Assembly (NCBI GenBank): GCA_047602425.1
Contig: JASGHG010000001.1
Location: 5,094,925 to 5,158,924 of the forward strand
Length of the DNA stretch: 64,000 nucleotides
From: Nibricoccus sp.
GTDB lineage: Bacteria; Verrucomicrobiota; Verrucomicrobiia; Opitutales; Opitutaceae
Direction: 5' to 3'
The notes under the pieces are model-generated. The model was not told the origin of the DNA and ran no database searches. It was given only the letters and a program-made list of their open reading frames with translations. The position numbers and the translations under genes are program-made. Shown here one piece after another: positions 22,099-31,089 of this stretch (positions are counted from its first letter, which is position 1; each line of letters begins with the position of its first letter).

Positions 22099-22443
22099 GT
22101 GATAAAGAAACTGCCCGGCGCAAAATTGCTCTTCGTCGCCGGACTGTTGTTTCTAAGCGCATGTTCGTCTCCAATTGCTTAAGGACCTGCGCAAAGAACA
22201 TCGAACGACTTGCTCCCGGGAAAATGTATCGACTGCAGCAGACCCGGCAACGGTTCCTGCCGCAGTTGCGGCGGCAGCGGACGTCGTGAATGTTCCACAT
22301 GCCATGGTTCCGGCAGGCGCACGTCAGCAAATGGCGAAGATCGCACCTGCTCAACCTGCAACGGAAGTGGTTGGTCAAAGTGTTATTCCTGCGAAGGGAG
22401 TGGTAGTTGTAGTTCGTGCGGAGGCAGCGGCACAAGTCGATAG
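22099..22443 (+). pseudogene. Lipoprotein with DnaJ-type CxxCxGxG zinc-finger repeats, in-frame TAA at 22180-22182
   Basis: GTG 22099 reads MIKKLPGAKLLFVAGLLFLSAC (lipobox) SSPIA*GPAQ..., in frame with the Cys-rich ORF 22210..22443. Confidence 0.65.
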
Positions 22444-22555
22444 CCGTCGGTGCAGACGATCTGGAACGTGCGGGGAATTCGGCCCTCGCCGAGATACGCT
22501 GTTGGCCTCACTATACGATTGATGACGATCATAAATCTGCCAACGTAGTGAAGAC

Positions 22556-23338
22556 ATGCGCGTCCCGCTCCACATTGTCGAAGCCCGTCGAGAACGCTTG
22601 CGTGAACTGATTCGCCGCGACGGCTTCCTACCCCTGGCCGATATCTGCCAACACTTCGAAATCTCTGAAGCCACTGCACGGCGCGACCTCGCGGCCATCG
22701 AGGCCGACGGCCATATCACGAGGACCTATGGAGGCGCCCTGGCCGACTACAACAGCTCCTTTGCCTCGCTCGGCGAGCGAACCAAGCGCGCCCGCTCCGC
22801 CAAGTCGCGCATCGCGCGCGCAGCCATCCGCCTTGTACCGCTTTCCGGAACCATTTTTCTCGACGCCGGCACCACCACGCTGGCCTTGGGCCGGCTGCTC
22901 ACACGCCGTAAAAATCACTCGATCACCGTCGTCACCAACAGTCTTGCCGTTGCATCGGTCCTCGGCGGCGCGCCAGGTATTTCGTTGCATCTTCTGGGAG
23001 GCATTTTCCTCAATCGGCAGGCCACGCTCTTCGGCGAACACGCTGTCACCGCACTATCCGGCTGGAAAATCGACGCCGCCTTTCTTGGCGCCGAGGCCAT
23101 GAACGCCGAGGGCATTTGGAATTCTCACGAAGAAGTGGTTCGGCTGCAGCGCGCCGTCCTCAAGAAAGCCTCCCGGGCCTATTTCTGTATCGACGCCACC
23201 AAGCTCAACCGCAGCACGCCCCACCGCGTCGCCGCGTGGGACGAGGAATTTCGACTGATCAGCGACACTTCGCTCGACGAGTTGCGCACCGCCGAAATTG
23301 CGATTCCCGAAACCCGATTGATCAACCCCGTAAACTAA
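22556..23338 (+). CDS. DeoR/GlpR family transcriptional regulator
   Basis: SEATARRDL HTH, FLDAGTT, VTNSL. Confidence 0.93.
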   Translation: MRVPLHIVEARRERLRELIRRDGFLPLADICQHFEISEATARRDLAAIEADGHITRTYGGALADYNSSFASLGERTKRARSAKSRIARAAIRLVPLSGTIFLDAGTTTLALGRLLTRRKNHSITVVTNSLAVASVLGGAPGISLHLLGGIFLNRQATLFGEHAVTALSGWKIDAAFLGAEAMNAEGIWNSHEEVVRLQRAVLKKASRAYFCIDATKLNRSTPHRVAAWDEEFRLISDTSLDELRTAEIAIPETRLINPVN

Positions 23339-23405
23339 GCATTTTAAACCGTCGCAGCGGACCGGAGTTTTTTCCGACAAAACGCGACCTCAAACCTCTT
23401 TTCTC

Positions 23406-24689
23406 ATGGACAACTATTGGCTCCACCCTCGCGAGGAACTCGTCGCCACCATGCAGCGGATTTACCGCTATCGCATGACCACCACCTCAGGTGGTAATCT
23501 TTCCATTCTCGATCCTGACGGCAGCATCTGGATAACTCCGTCGCGCGTCGACAAGGGCGCCCTTACGCCGAATGACATCGTGCGCGTCCACGCCAACGGT
23601 AAACGCGAAGGCGCCCACCCTCCGTCGTCCGAATTCCCCTTCCACGCGGAAATCTACCGCCGTCGCCCGGACATCAAGGCCATCGTGCATGCCCATCCCG
23701 GCGCGCTGGTCGCTTTCTCCATTTGTCGCCAGATTCCGGATACACGCGTGCAATCGCACGTCCACGAAGTCTGCCGCAAGATCGCCCTCGCACCCTACGC
23801 CTGCCCTGGCACCCAGGCCCTCGGCGACAATATCGCAGCCACCTTCGCCGCGGGCGCCGACTGCGTGCTTCTCGAAAACCACGGCGTCGTCATCGGCGGT
23901 CGCGACCTGCGTGAGGCCTTCCAGCGTTTTGAAACACTCGAGTTCGCTGCACAAACCCTCATCCGCGCCGCCCAGCTTGGTTCTCTTCAGGTGTTGCCAC
24001 CCGACGCCCTCGCCGTCGACACCGCTCCCAAATTCACCGACCTTCCGCCCGCCGAACCCAGCAACGAGGAAAAGGACTTGCGCGGTCAAATCTGTCGCTT
24101 CCTCCACCGCGCTTATCAACAGCGCCTGCTCATCAGTACCGCCGGCGCTTTTTCCGCCCGCACCGCCAAGGACGAATTTGTCATCACACCGCGCCGCCGC
24201 GACCGCCTCGAAGTCCAACCCGCCGGCCTCGTCCGGGTTCGTGGCAACGCCTGCACCGCGAGCCGCCAGCCCAGCCGCGCCGCCAAGCTTCACGCAGAAA
24301 TTTACGCGCGTCACCCCGAAATCGGCGCGATCATCAATGCCCAGCCCGCGCACGCGTCCGCCTTCTGCATGACTGCCGCGCCGCTCAGCACCCGAACCAT
24401 TCCTGAGAGCTACGTCGTCCTCAACGACGCACCACGCCTCCCGTTCCTCCGCATCGTCGAGGATGCCGCTCAGATCGCAGCCGCCCTTTCCATTCCCAAG
24501 ACTCCTGTCGTGCTCATCGCCAACGAAGGCGCTGTCGTCGTCGGCCGGAATCTGCTCGAAGCCTTTGACCGGCTCGAAGTGCTCGAGGCCACTTCGGAAG
24601 CGTTGCTCCTCGCCCGCCCTCTCGGCCCGCTCGTTCCCATGCCCGAGTCTGCGATCAACGAGCTTCGCCAGGTTTTCAAGCTGCCCTAA
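23406..24689 (+). CDS. Class II aldolase/adducin protein, two tandem domains
   Basis: GGNLS, PSSE, IVHAHP, LENHG in domain 1; degenerate repeat in domain 2. Confidence 0.9.
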   Translation: MDNYWLHPREELVATMQRIYRYRMTTTSGGNLSILDPDGSIWITPSRVDKGALTPNDIVRVHANGKREGAHPPSSEFPFHAEIYRRRPDIKAIVHAHPGALVAFSICRQIPDTRVQSHVHEVCRKIALAPYACPGTQALGDNIAATFAAGADCVLLENHGVVIGGRDLREAFQRFETLEFAAQTLIRAAQLGSLQVLPPDALAVDTAPKFTDLPPAEPSNEEKDLRGQICRFLHRAYQQRLLISTAGAFSARTAKDEFVITPRRRDRLEVQPAGLVRVRGNACTASRQPSRAAKLHAEIYARHPEIGAIINAQPAHASAFCMTAAPLSTRTIPESYVVLNDAPRLPFLRIVEDAAQIAAALSIPKTPVVLIANEGAVVVGRNLLEAFDRLEVLEATSEALLLARPLGPLVPMPESAINELRQVFKLP

Positions 24690-24977
24690 AACGCCAGTCG
24701 CAGCCGTTCGCGCTTCTTCTTCGAAAGCGAACTCATTGCCAAACCACGCCTTCCCCCCACAAAGTTCGTCATCCATTAGATGACAACCGGTTTTGCTCCT
24801 CGCATCGCAGCCAGCGCGAAAAAGCCAGTGGGCCTCGCCAAAAACGCCGCCACGACGCGATTCCGGCGGTTTTTAGGCGGGTTCTTGGTAAATCCTGCGT
24901 AAAAGCATAGGCTTGCGCGTGTCGTTCATCGCCAACAGGATGTCTGTCCGTTTTCTTACCTCAATAAAGGCCCAACC

Positions 24978-26075
24978 ATGAGCGACGACCAGAAAAACTA
25001 CGACATGAACGACCTGCTTGAGCTGGTCGTCGACCAAAACGCTTCCGACCTTCATTGTCAGGTGGGCCAGCCGCCGACACTGCGCATCAGCGGCTCCATG
25101 CTGCCGATCGAAGGACCCGATCTCACGCCTTTCGATACCGAAAAGCTGATGCTGTCCATAACCCCAGACCATCACCAGCAGCAGGTGAAGCTCAATGGTG
25201 GCGCCGACTTCGGTTTCGCCTTCGCCGACAAAGCCCGTTTCCGCGTCAGCGTGCTCAAGGCCAAGGGCAGCTACGGCATGGTTCTCCGCCAGATCCCCAA
25301 TCGTCTCTTTAGCCTCCGCGACATCGGTCTGCCCGACAAGATCAAGGAACTCCTCTTCCGTCCCCGCGGCCTCGTCCTCGTGACGGGACCAACCGGTTCG
25401 GGTAAGTCGACCACCCTCGCGTCGATGATCAACTATCTCAATGAAAACCGGGACGGCCACATCATCACCATCGAGGACCCGATTGAGTATTTCCACCCGC
25501 ACAAAAAATGCATCGTCACCCAGCGCGAAATCGGCGTCGACGTGCCTAACTTCGCCGAGGCCATCCGCCGTGCGCTCCGTCAGGACCCCGATGTCATTCT
25601 TGTCGGTGAAATGCGCGACCTCGAAACCATCGAGGCGGCCATCGCCGCGGCCGAAACCGGTCACTTGGTCTTCGCCACGTTGCACACCAACGGCGCCGCC
25701 AAGACCATCGATCGTATCGTCGACGCCTTCCCCGCCTCCACCAAGGAACTCATCCGCACCCAGCTCGCGTCGTCTCTGCAAGCCGTCATTTCACAAACGC
25801 TCTGCAAAAAGATCGGTGGTGGGCGTATCGCAGCCTTCGAGATCATGATTTCGACGACCTCGATTCAGTCGTTGATCCGCGAAAACAAAACCTTCCGTAT
25901 CACCTCCGACATCCAGACAGGTGCCGCACAAGGCATGATCACCCTCGATGCCCACCTCACCAGCCTCTACAACCGTGAGCTCATCACTGCGGACGAAGCG
26001 GTTGAGAAAGCCCAGGACCCGGTCGGCATGCGCGAAAAGCTCTCCAACGCTGGCGCGAAACTCCGTCCGCTATAA
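24978..26075 (+). CDS. pilT: Type IV pilus retraction ATPase
   Basis: [33 protein letters not shown]. Confidence 0.93.
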   Translation: MSDDQKNYDMNDLLELVVDQNASDLHCQVGQPPTLRISGSMLPIEGPDLTPFDTEKLMLSITPDHHQQQVKLNGGADFGFAFADKARFRVSVLKAKGSYGMVLRQIPNRLFSLRDIGLPDKIKELLFRPRGLVLVTGPTGSGKSTTLASMINYLNENRDGHIITIEDPIEYFHPHKKCIVTQREIGVDVPNFAEAIRRALRQDPDVILVGEMRDLETIEAAIAAAETGHLVFATLHTNGAAKTIDRIVDAFPASTKELIRTQLASSLQAVISQTLCKKIGGGRIAAFEIMISTTSIQSLIRENKTFRITSDIQTGAAQGMITLDAHLTSLYNRELITADEAVEKAQDPVGMREKLSNAGAKLRPL

Positions 26076-26101
26076 ACAAACAACTTTAGCTTATCGACAA
26101 A

Positions 26102-26133
26102 GCCCGGGCCACAAACCCGGGCCTTTTCTTTTT
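26102..26133 (+). terminator. Intrinsic terminator of pilT
   Basis: GCCCGGG-ccacaaa-CCCGGGC followed by a T-rich tail. Confidence 0.8.
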
Positions 26134-26146
26134 CAAATTCTCCCAA

Positions 26147-26881
26147 TCAGCCTGTTTTCCTTCCAACGACGAAAACCGAGCTGCCACACGGCATCCGCAA
26201 TCCAAAACGCATCCACGAGAATTCAAGCCAGGCGAGAAAGCCGAAAACACGCTCCACCACAGGTGAGTACAATTTCACGTCGCTGGTGGGATTTTTCGGG
26301 GGATAGACTTTCCTCCGCAACGCAATCAACGGGAGCGCCGGAAAATTCGCATAACTTGAGAATTCTACCTCCAGTCCCGCTGACCGGAAAAGTCGGGCGA
26401 GCTCTGACCTCGTATAGCGATGCTTCGTCTCACAGGTGGTGTCGTGATAGGACCACAACCACATGTAAGCGGGAACATTGACTACGACCAGGCCGCCAGA
26501 TCGCACACAGCGTGCAAACTCGCGCAGCGCTTTTTCGGGTTCCTCCACCTGGCAAACCACATCCGCCGAAACAATCGCGTCAAAAGCGTCGTCGCCAAAA
26601 GGCAGCGCCGTGATCGATCCTTCCAATACTTCCAATGCCGTTCGCGATTTGGCCAGCGCGCAGGCCTGCGGCATGAAGTCGATGCCCGTAAGCAACCATT
26701 CACGGTTTGCAGTCGCCAGCGTTTTCATCAATCCGCCGGTACCGCAACCAGCGTCAAGGATACAGGCCGGACCGGATCGCAGCCGCCGCGCAAGAAAGTG
26801 TCCGATCCGCCGGTGCAGCGCGTGGAAGTACCACATCCGGTCTTCGGTCTCCGCGAGTTTGCGATATTCGTCGTGTTGCAT
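26147..26881 (-). CDS. Class I SAM-dependent methyltransferase
   Basis: ILDAGCGTG, LPFGDDAFD. Confidence 0.9.
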   Translation of the reverse strand: MQHDEYRKLAETEDRMWYFHALHRRIGHFLARRLRSGPACILDAGCGTGGLMKTLATANREWLLTGIDFMPQACALAKSRTALEVLEGSITALPFGDDAFDAIVSADVVCQVEEPEKALREFARCVRSGGLVVVNVPAYMWLWSYHDTTCETKHRYTRSELARLFRSAGLEVEFSSYANFPALPLIALRRKVYPPKNPTSDVKLYSPVVERVFGFLAWLEFSWMRFGLRMPCGSSVFVVGRKTG

Positions 26882-26990
26882 TCGCGCAGCAGTTTTATTT
26901 CCCACCCGTGACGATCAATGCAAAACTTGCCATGGCGGCCGCACTGCGCATTACGAAACCATGCGATTGATGGATTGGTTATCAAATTCG

Positions 26991-27962
26991 ATGGGTCTTT
27001 TTCTGCGCTACATCCTGTCGCTCGCCGTCATCGCCTGGCTCATCTGGCAGCTCAAAAATCTCGATTGGCAGCATTGGAGATTGATCGACGTCAGGCTGCT
27101 GGCGCCAGCCGCGGTTCTGGCGCTCGCGGCTTACTCTCTCCAAGCCTGGCGTTGGTTGGCCCTCCTGCGTGCGCTCGGCATCAAGTCCCCGGCGCGCTGG
27201 GTCCACGGCGTGTTCTGGATCGGTACCTTCTATAATTCCTTTCTTCCCAGCGGCGTCGCAGGCGATGCCGTGCGCCTTGCCTATCTCTGGAAGAACGATC
27301 CAGAGCGCAAGGCGCTCGGCGCCACCAGCCTGCTTTTGGATCGGCTCATTGGTTTTGGCGCGCTCTTCGTCCTGGCGGCCGTGGCCCTGGGCTTGCACAC
27401 TGTTTCGGGCCAGCCGTCCAGCGTGACTGGCATGCGATCTCTTCTCGTGGCAAGCACGTGCACGTGTGTGCTTCTTGTGTTATCGGTTTGGAGCGTGCTC
27501 AAGACACGTTGGTGGGAGCCCATTTCGGCCCGTGTGCTCGGCGCGAATCGCGCTCGCAGACTGCACGACGCAACCGTCGCCTTGGGCCAAAAACGTGGCA
27601 AACTCGGGCTGGCGGTCGCTTTAAGCTTCGCAGTCTGGTTGATGGATTTTCTTTCGTTGTTCCTCCTTGCGCGAAGCGTGGGCCTCGATGTCAGCTGGCT
27701 GACAATTTCCATCGCCGCATCCGCAGCCTACGTCACCGCCATTTTACCAGTGAGCGTCGGCGGCCACGGCCTGAGAGAAGGTACATTGGTGGGCATGCTG
27801 ACTCTTCTGACCGGCGGACAGGCCGCGGTGGAAAGCACGTCATTGCTCGCCCTCCTTTTTTTAGTTCTTACCCTTTGTTCAAGCCTGGTGGGAGGATTTG
27901 TCTACCTCGGTTTTATGCTGACCGGCTGGTCTTCCGTGACACCAACAGAGGCCCGGTCGTAA
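26991..27962 (+). CDS. Lysylphosphatidylglycerol synthase TM-domain (flippase-like) protein; start may be 26961
   Basis: AWRW, FLPSGVAGD, LDRLIG, PVSVGGHGLREG. Confidence 0.85.
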   Translation: MGLFLRYILSLAVIAWLIWQLKNLDWQHWRLIDVRLLAPAAVLALAAYSLQAWRWLALLRALGIKSPARWVHGVFWIGTFYNSFLPSGVAGDAVRLAYLWKNDPERKALGATSLLLDRLIGFGALFVLAAVALGLHTVSGQPSSVTGMRSLLVASTCTCVLLVLSVWSVLKTRWWEPISARVLGANRARRLHDATVALGQKRGKLGLAVALSFAVWLMDFLSLFLLARSVGLDVSWLTISIAASAAYVTAILPVSVGGHGLREGTLVGMLTLLTGGQAAVESTSLLALLFLVLTLCSSLVGGFVYLGFMLTGWSSVTPTEARS

Positions 27963-27972
27963 AGAACCAGAC

Positions 27973-28911
27973 TCAGCGGCTTCGGACGGTTTCCCGGACA
28001 ATCGCTTGCGGACGTTGGTTGATGGTGAGAAACATGCGGCCCAAGTACTCGCCGATCACGCCGAGCATAACTAATTGCACACCGGAAAAGATCAATAACG
28101 CCGCCATCAGCATCCCCCAGCCTGCTTCCGGGCCTTGATCTGTCAGCCACCAGTAAACCACCACGCCGAGGCCAGCCACACCCGCAGCCGCCATGCATAG
28201 TCCCAGGACCGTCGCGATGCGCAGCGGCATTACGGAGAAATTGATGAACGTGCTCGCCCAGAGCCGCACGAGCTTACGCAGGGTGTAACCGCTCGCACCG
28301 GCATGTCGTTCTTCATGGCGCACGGCGAGCGATCCGATCCTCTGCGTCGCCTGAAGCAATAACCCGTCGATGTAGGGAAACGGTCCGGTGTTGGCCGTCG
28401 CCGCCTTTGCCACCAGTGCATTCACGCAACGAAAACTCGACAGATAGAAGCCTGCGGGTTTCTCCAGCGCCCAGTCGGTCATGCGATTGGTGAACCAGCT
28501 ACCCACATTGCGCCAGAGCGAATGCTTTTTGTCATCGTAGTGCCCGTAGACGACGTCGAGCCCGGCTTCGACCGCGTGCGCCCAAAGGCGAAGCGCTTCT
28601 TCCGGCGGATTTTGACCGTCGTCATCGAGATTTACGAAATGCAGACCATGTGCATGCCGCCAACCCGTGAGGACCGCATTGTGTTCGCCAAAATTGCGTG
28701 CGTGTTCGACGTAAACGATCGGCACGCGCGCTTCGTTTATAAGTTCGCGGCAAACCGCCGCCGTGGCATCGCGGCTGCCGTCGTTGACCAAGATTATTTC
28801 GTGCCCTCCCGCCACCGCCAGCTGCTCAAGCGCCTTCACCAGCGGACGAATCGTCTCCGCGCTGTTATACAACGGAACGACGAAGCTTAGGGCGGGTTGC
28901 GGGTTGCTCAT
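27973..28911 (-). CDS. GT2 polyprenol-phosphate glycosyltransferase (ArnC/GtrB-like)
   Basis: VVPLYN, VNDGSRD, RNFGEHNA, LDDDGQNPP, two C-terminal TMs. Confidence 0.9.
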   Translation of the reverse strand: MSNPQPALSFVVPLYNSAETIRPLVKALEQLAVAGGHEIILVNDGSRDATAAVCRELINEARVPIVYVEHARNFGEHNAVLTGWRHAHGLHFVNLDDDGQNPPEEALRLWAHAVEAGLDVVYGHYDDKKHSLWRNVGSWFTNRMTDWALEKPAGFYLSSFRCVNALVAKAATANTGPFPYIDGLLLQATQRIGSLAVRHEERHAGASGYTLRKLVRLWASTFINFSVMPLRIATVLGLCMAAAGVAGLGVVVYWWLTDQGPEAGWGMLMAALLIFSGVQLVMLGVIGEYLGRMFLTINQRPQAIVRETVRSR

Positions 28912-28922
28912 GTCGGTTGGTT

Positions 28923-30008
28923 CTAACGAAGAATCTCGTCGCACACTCTGTCAACGTCGGCGATGCTCAGCGCCGGGTGACATGGCAGGCAGAGAACCTC
29001 GTCGCAGGTCCGCTCCGTTTCTGACAACGAGAGCGTCGCATCGGCAAAAGCCGACTGGCGGTGCACCGGCACCGGATAAAGCACGCCACAACTTATCCCC
29101 CGCTCCAACAATTCGCTTCGCAGCGCCTCGCGCTTCTTTGTGCGCACGGTGAACTGATGGAAAACGTGCGTTTGGCCCGCAACAATTTCCGGCAAGCGCA
29201 GGCCGGAATTTTTCAGTCGCCCGAGATACCGGTCGGCCAGCTCACGCCTCTTCGCGTTTTCCGCATCGAGGTACTTCAACTTTACCCGCAAAATGGCAGC
29301 CTGCAGTTCATCAAGTCGCGAATTGCGGCCGGGAATTTCAGAAACATAACGCTCGCGCCAGCCATATTGCCGAAGCTGACGAACCTTCGCCGCGAGCTTT
29401 TCGTCGCGCACATAAACCGCGCCGCCATCGCCAAGCGCGCCGAGGTTTTTCGTCGGATAAAAACTAAACGCCGCCGCATCGCCAAAGGTGCCCACCTTCC
29501 GCCCTCCAAAGGCGGCTCCGTGAGCCTGGGCGCAATCCTCGACCACTTTCGCCCCCGCCTTCGTCGCCGCCAAGACAATCGCCGGCATGTCCGCCGGTTG
29601 ACCGTACAAATGCACAGGGACAACCGCCTTGATCGTCGGTGTTTTCTCGAAGGCCGCGCCCAGTGCCGCCGGCGACATCGTCATCGAGGCGGGATCGATT
29701 TCGACAAAAATCGGTTTTGCCCCGATCTGCTCGATTGCGGAAACGGTTGCGGTGACTGTGTTGGCCACGGTCGCAACCGCGTCGCCGGCCTTCACGCCGA
29801 GAGCGCGCAGGGCGAGTTCTATCGCCTCCGTGCCGTTGGCCACGCCGACTGTATAACCACCGCCCTGATACACAGAAAACTCTTTTTCAAACGCCTCCAC
29901 CTCCGGCCCCAGAATATAATGCCCGCTGCTGAGTACGCGCTCGATTGCCATGCGGATTTCGTCGGCGTGAGCCAGAAAGTTGGCCTTGGGATCGGCGGGA
30001 AGCAGCAT
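28923..30008 (-). CDS. DegT/DnrJ/EryC1/StrS aminotransferase
   Basis: VEDCAQAHGA, FSFYPTKNLGALGDGG, NSRLDELQAA. Confidence 0.93.
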   Translation of the reverse strand: MLLPADPKANFLAHADEIRMAIERVLSSGHYILGPEVEAFEKEFSVYQGGGYTVGVANGTEAIELALRALGVKAGDAVATVANTVTATVSAIEQIGAKPIFVEIDPASMTMSPAALGAAFEKTPTIKAVVPVHLYGQPADMPAIVLAATKAGAKVVEDCAQAHGAAFGGRKVGTFGDAAAFSFYPTKNLGALGDGGAVYVRDEKLAAKVRQLRQYGWRERYVSEIPGRNSRLDELQAAILRVKLKYLDAENAKRRELADRYLGRLKNSGLRLPEIVAGQTHVFHQFTVRTKKREALRSELLERGISCGVLYPVPVHRQSAFADATLSLSETERTCDEVLCLPCHPALSIADVDRVCDEILR

Positions 30009-30016
30009 GGCTTGGG

Positions 30017-31018
30017 TCAGAGATAATGCCGCAATTCCTTGCGGTAAAATGCGAGGGTTTTCGTCAAAGCCGAGCTCAGCGTCGTGCGTGGACGCCAGCC
30101 GAGTTTTTTGGCAATGAGGCGGTAATCCGCGTAAAAATCGCCAATATCGATTTTCTTCCGGTCGCCGGGGAATGTTTTCAGGGCGATTGCGCCGGAACCG
30201 TTGGCCGCAACGAGCATTTCGGCGAGTTGTGCCAGATTGACTGGTTCGGTGCCGCCGACATTGAAGATTTCTCCCAAAGCTTCCGGTCGCGTCGCAGCAA
30301 GCAGAAATGCGTCAACTGCGTCGTCGACGTAGGTAAAATCGCGCAATTGTTCGCCGCCCCAGACTTCGAGCGGTTCGTCGCTCAGAATCTTTTTGATCCA
30401 CACGCCGACAAAGGTCTGCCGCGCATCCTTCACGCGCATGCGAGGTCCGATCGTGTTCGTCAGGCGCAGCACCGTGCTGCGAATGCCGTGCACGCGATGA
30501 TACAGCAGGTGGTACGATTCCCCGGCGAGTTTGTTGATACCGTTCACGTCGACGGGGCGAAGCGGATGCTTTTCGTCGACCGGCAGGTAATCGGGCTTGC
30601 CGTAAATCTGGCGCGTACTGGCAAAAACAATACGGATCCCCGGATTATGCAGGCGGCAGGCTTCGAGGATCGAAAGCTGGGCGCGCGCATTGATTTCCAA
30701 GTCCGTTTGCGGATCACTCATCGAGTCCATGTGACTCGTCTGGCCAGCCAGGTTAAAAAGAAAATCCTGATCGCGCACAAAAACCGGCAGACTATGCGCG
30801 TCGCGCACGTCGGAGATATTGATGCGGACTTTGGCTTCCAGGCCGGAGAGATTGCGCAGACTGCCGCCGTATTCGGGAATGAGCGAATCGACCACCGTCA
30901 CATCGGCACCCAGTTTCACCAGGGAACGAACAAGATTGGATCCGATAAAGCCCAAGCCTCCGGTAACGAGCACACGTCTGCCGCGGAAAGCCGACTTGGG
31001 TACGGAGGATGTTGCCAT
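30017..31018 (-). CDS. NAD-dependent epimerase/dehydratase
   Basis: VTGGLGFIGS, QLRDFTYVDD. Confidence 0.92.
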   Translation of the reverse strand: MATSSVPKSAFRGRRVLVTGGLGFIGSNLVRSLVKLGADVTVVDSLIPEYGGSLRNLSGLEAKVRINISDVRDAHSLPVFVRDQDFLFNLAGQTSHMDSMSDPQTDLEINARAQLSILEACRLHNPGIRIVFASTRQIYGKPDYLPVDEKHPLRPVDVNGINKLAGESYHLLYHRVHGIRSTVLRLTNTIGPRMRVKDARQTFVGVWIKKILSDEPLEVWGGEQLRDFTYVDDAVDAFLLAATRPEALGEIFNVGGTEPVNLAQLAEMLVAANGSGAIALKTFPGDRKKIDIGDFYADYRLIAKKLGWRPRTTLSSALTKTLAFYRKELRHYL

Positions 31019-31089
31019 GTGCCAAAAGCCGAATCCAGAACGCCTGCGAAATCAAGCCATTGCTCGGAACATCAAAGGTGATTCCGCAA

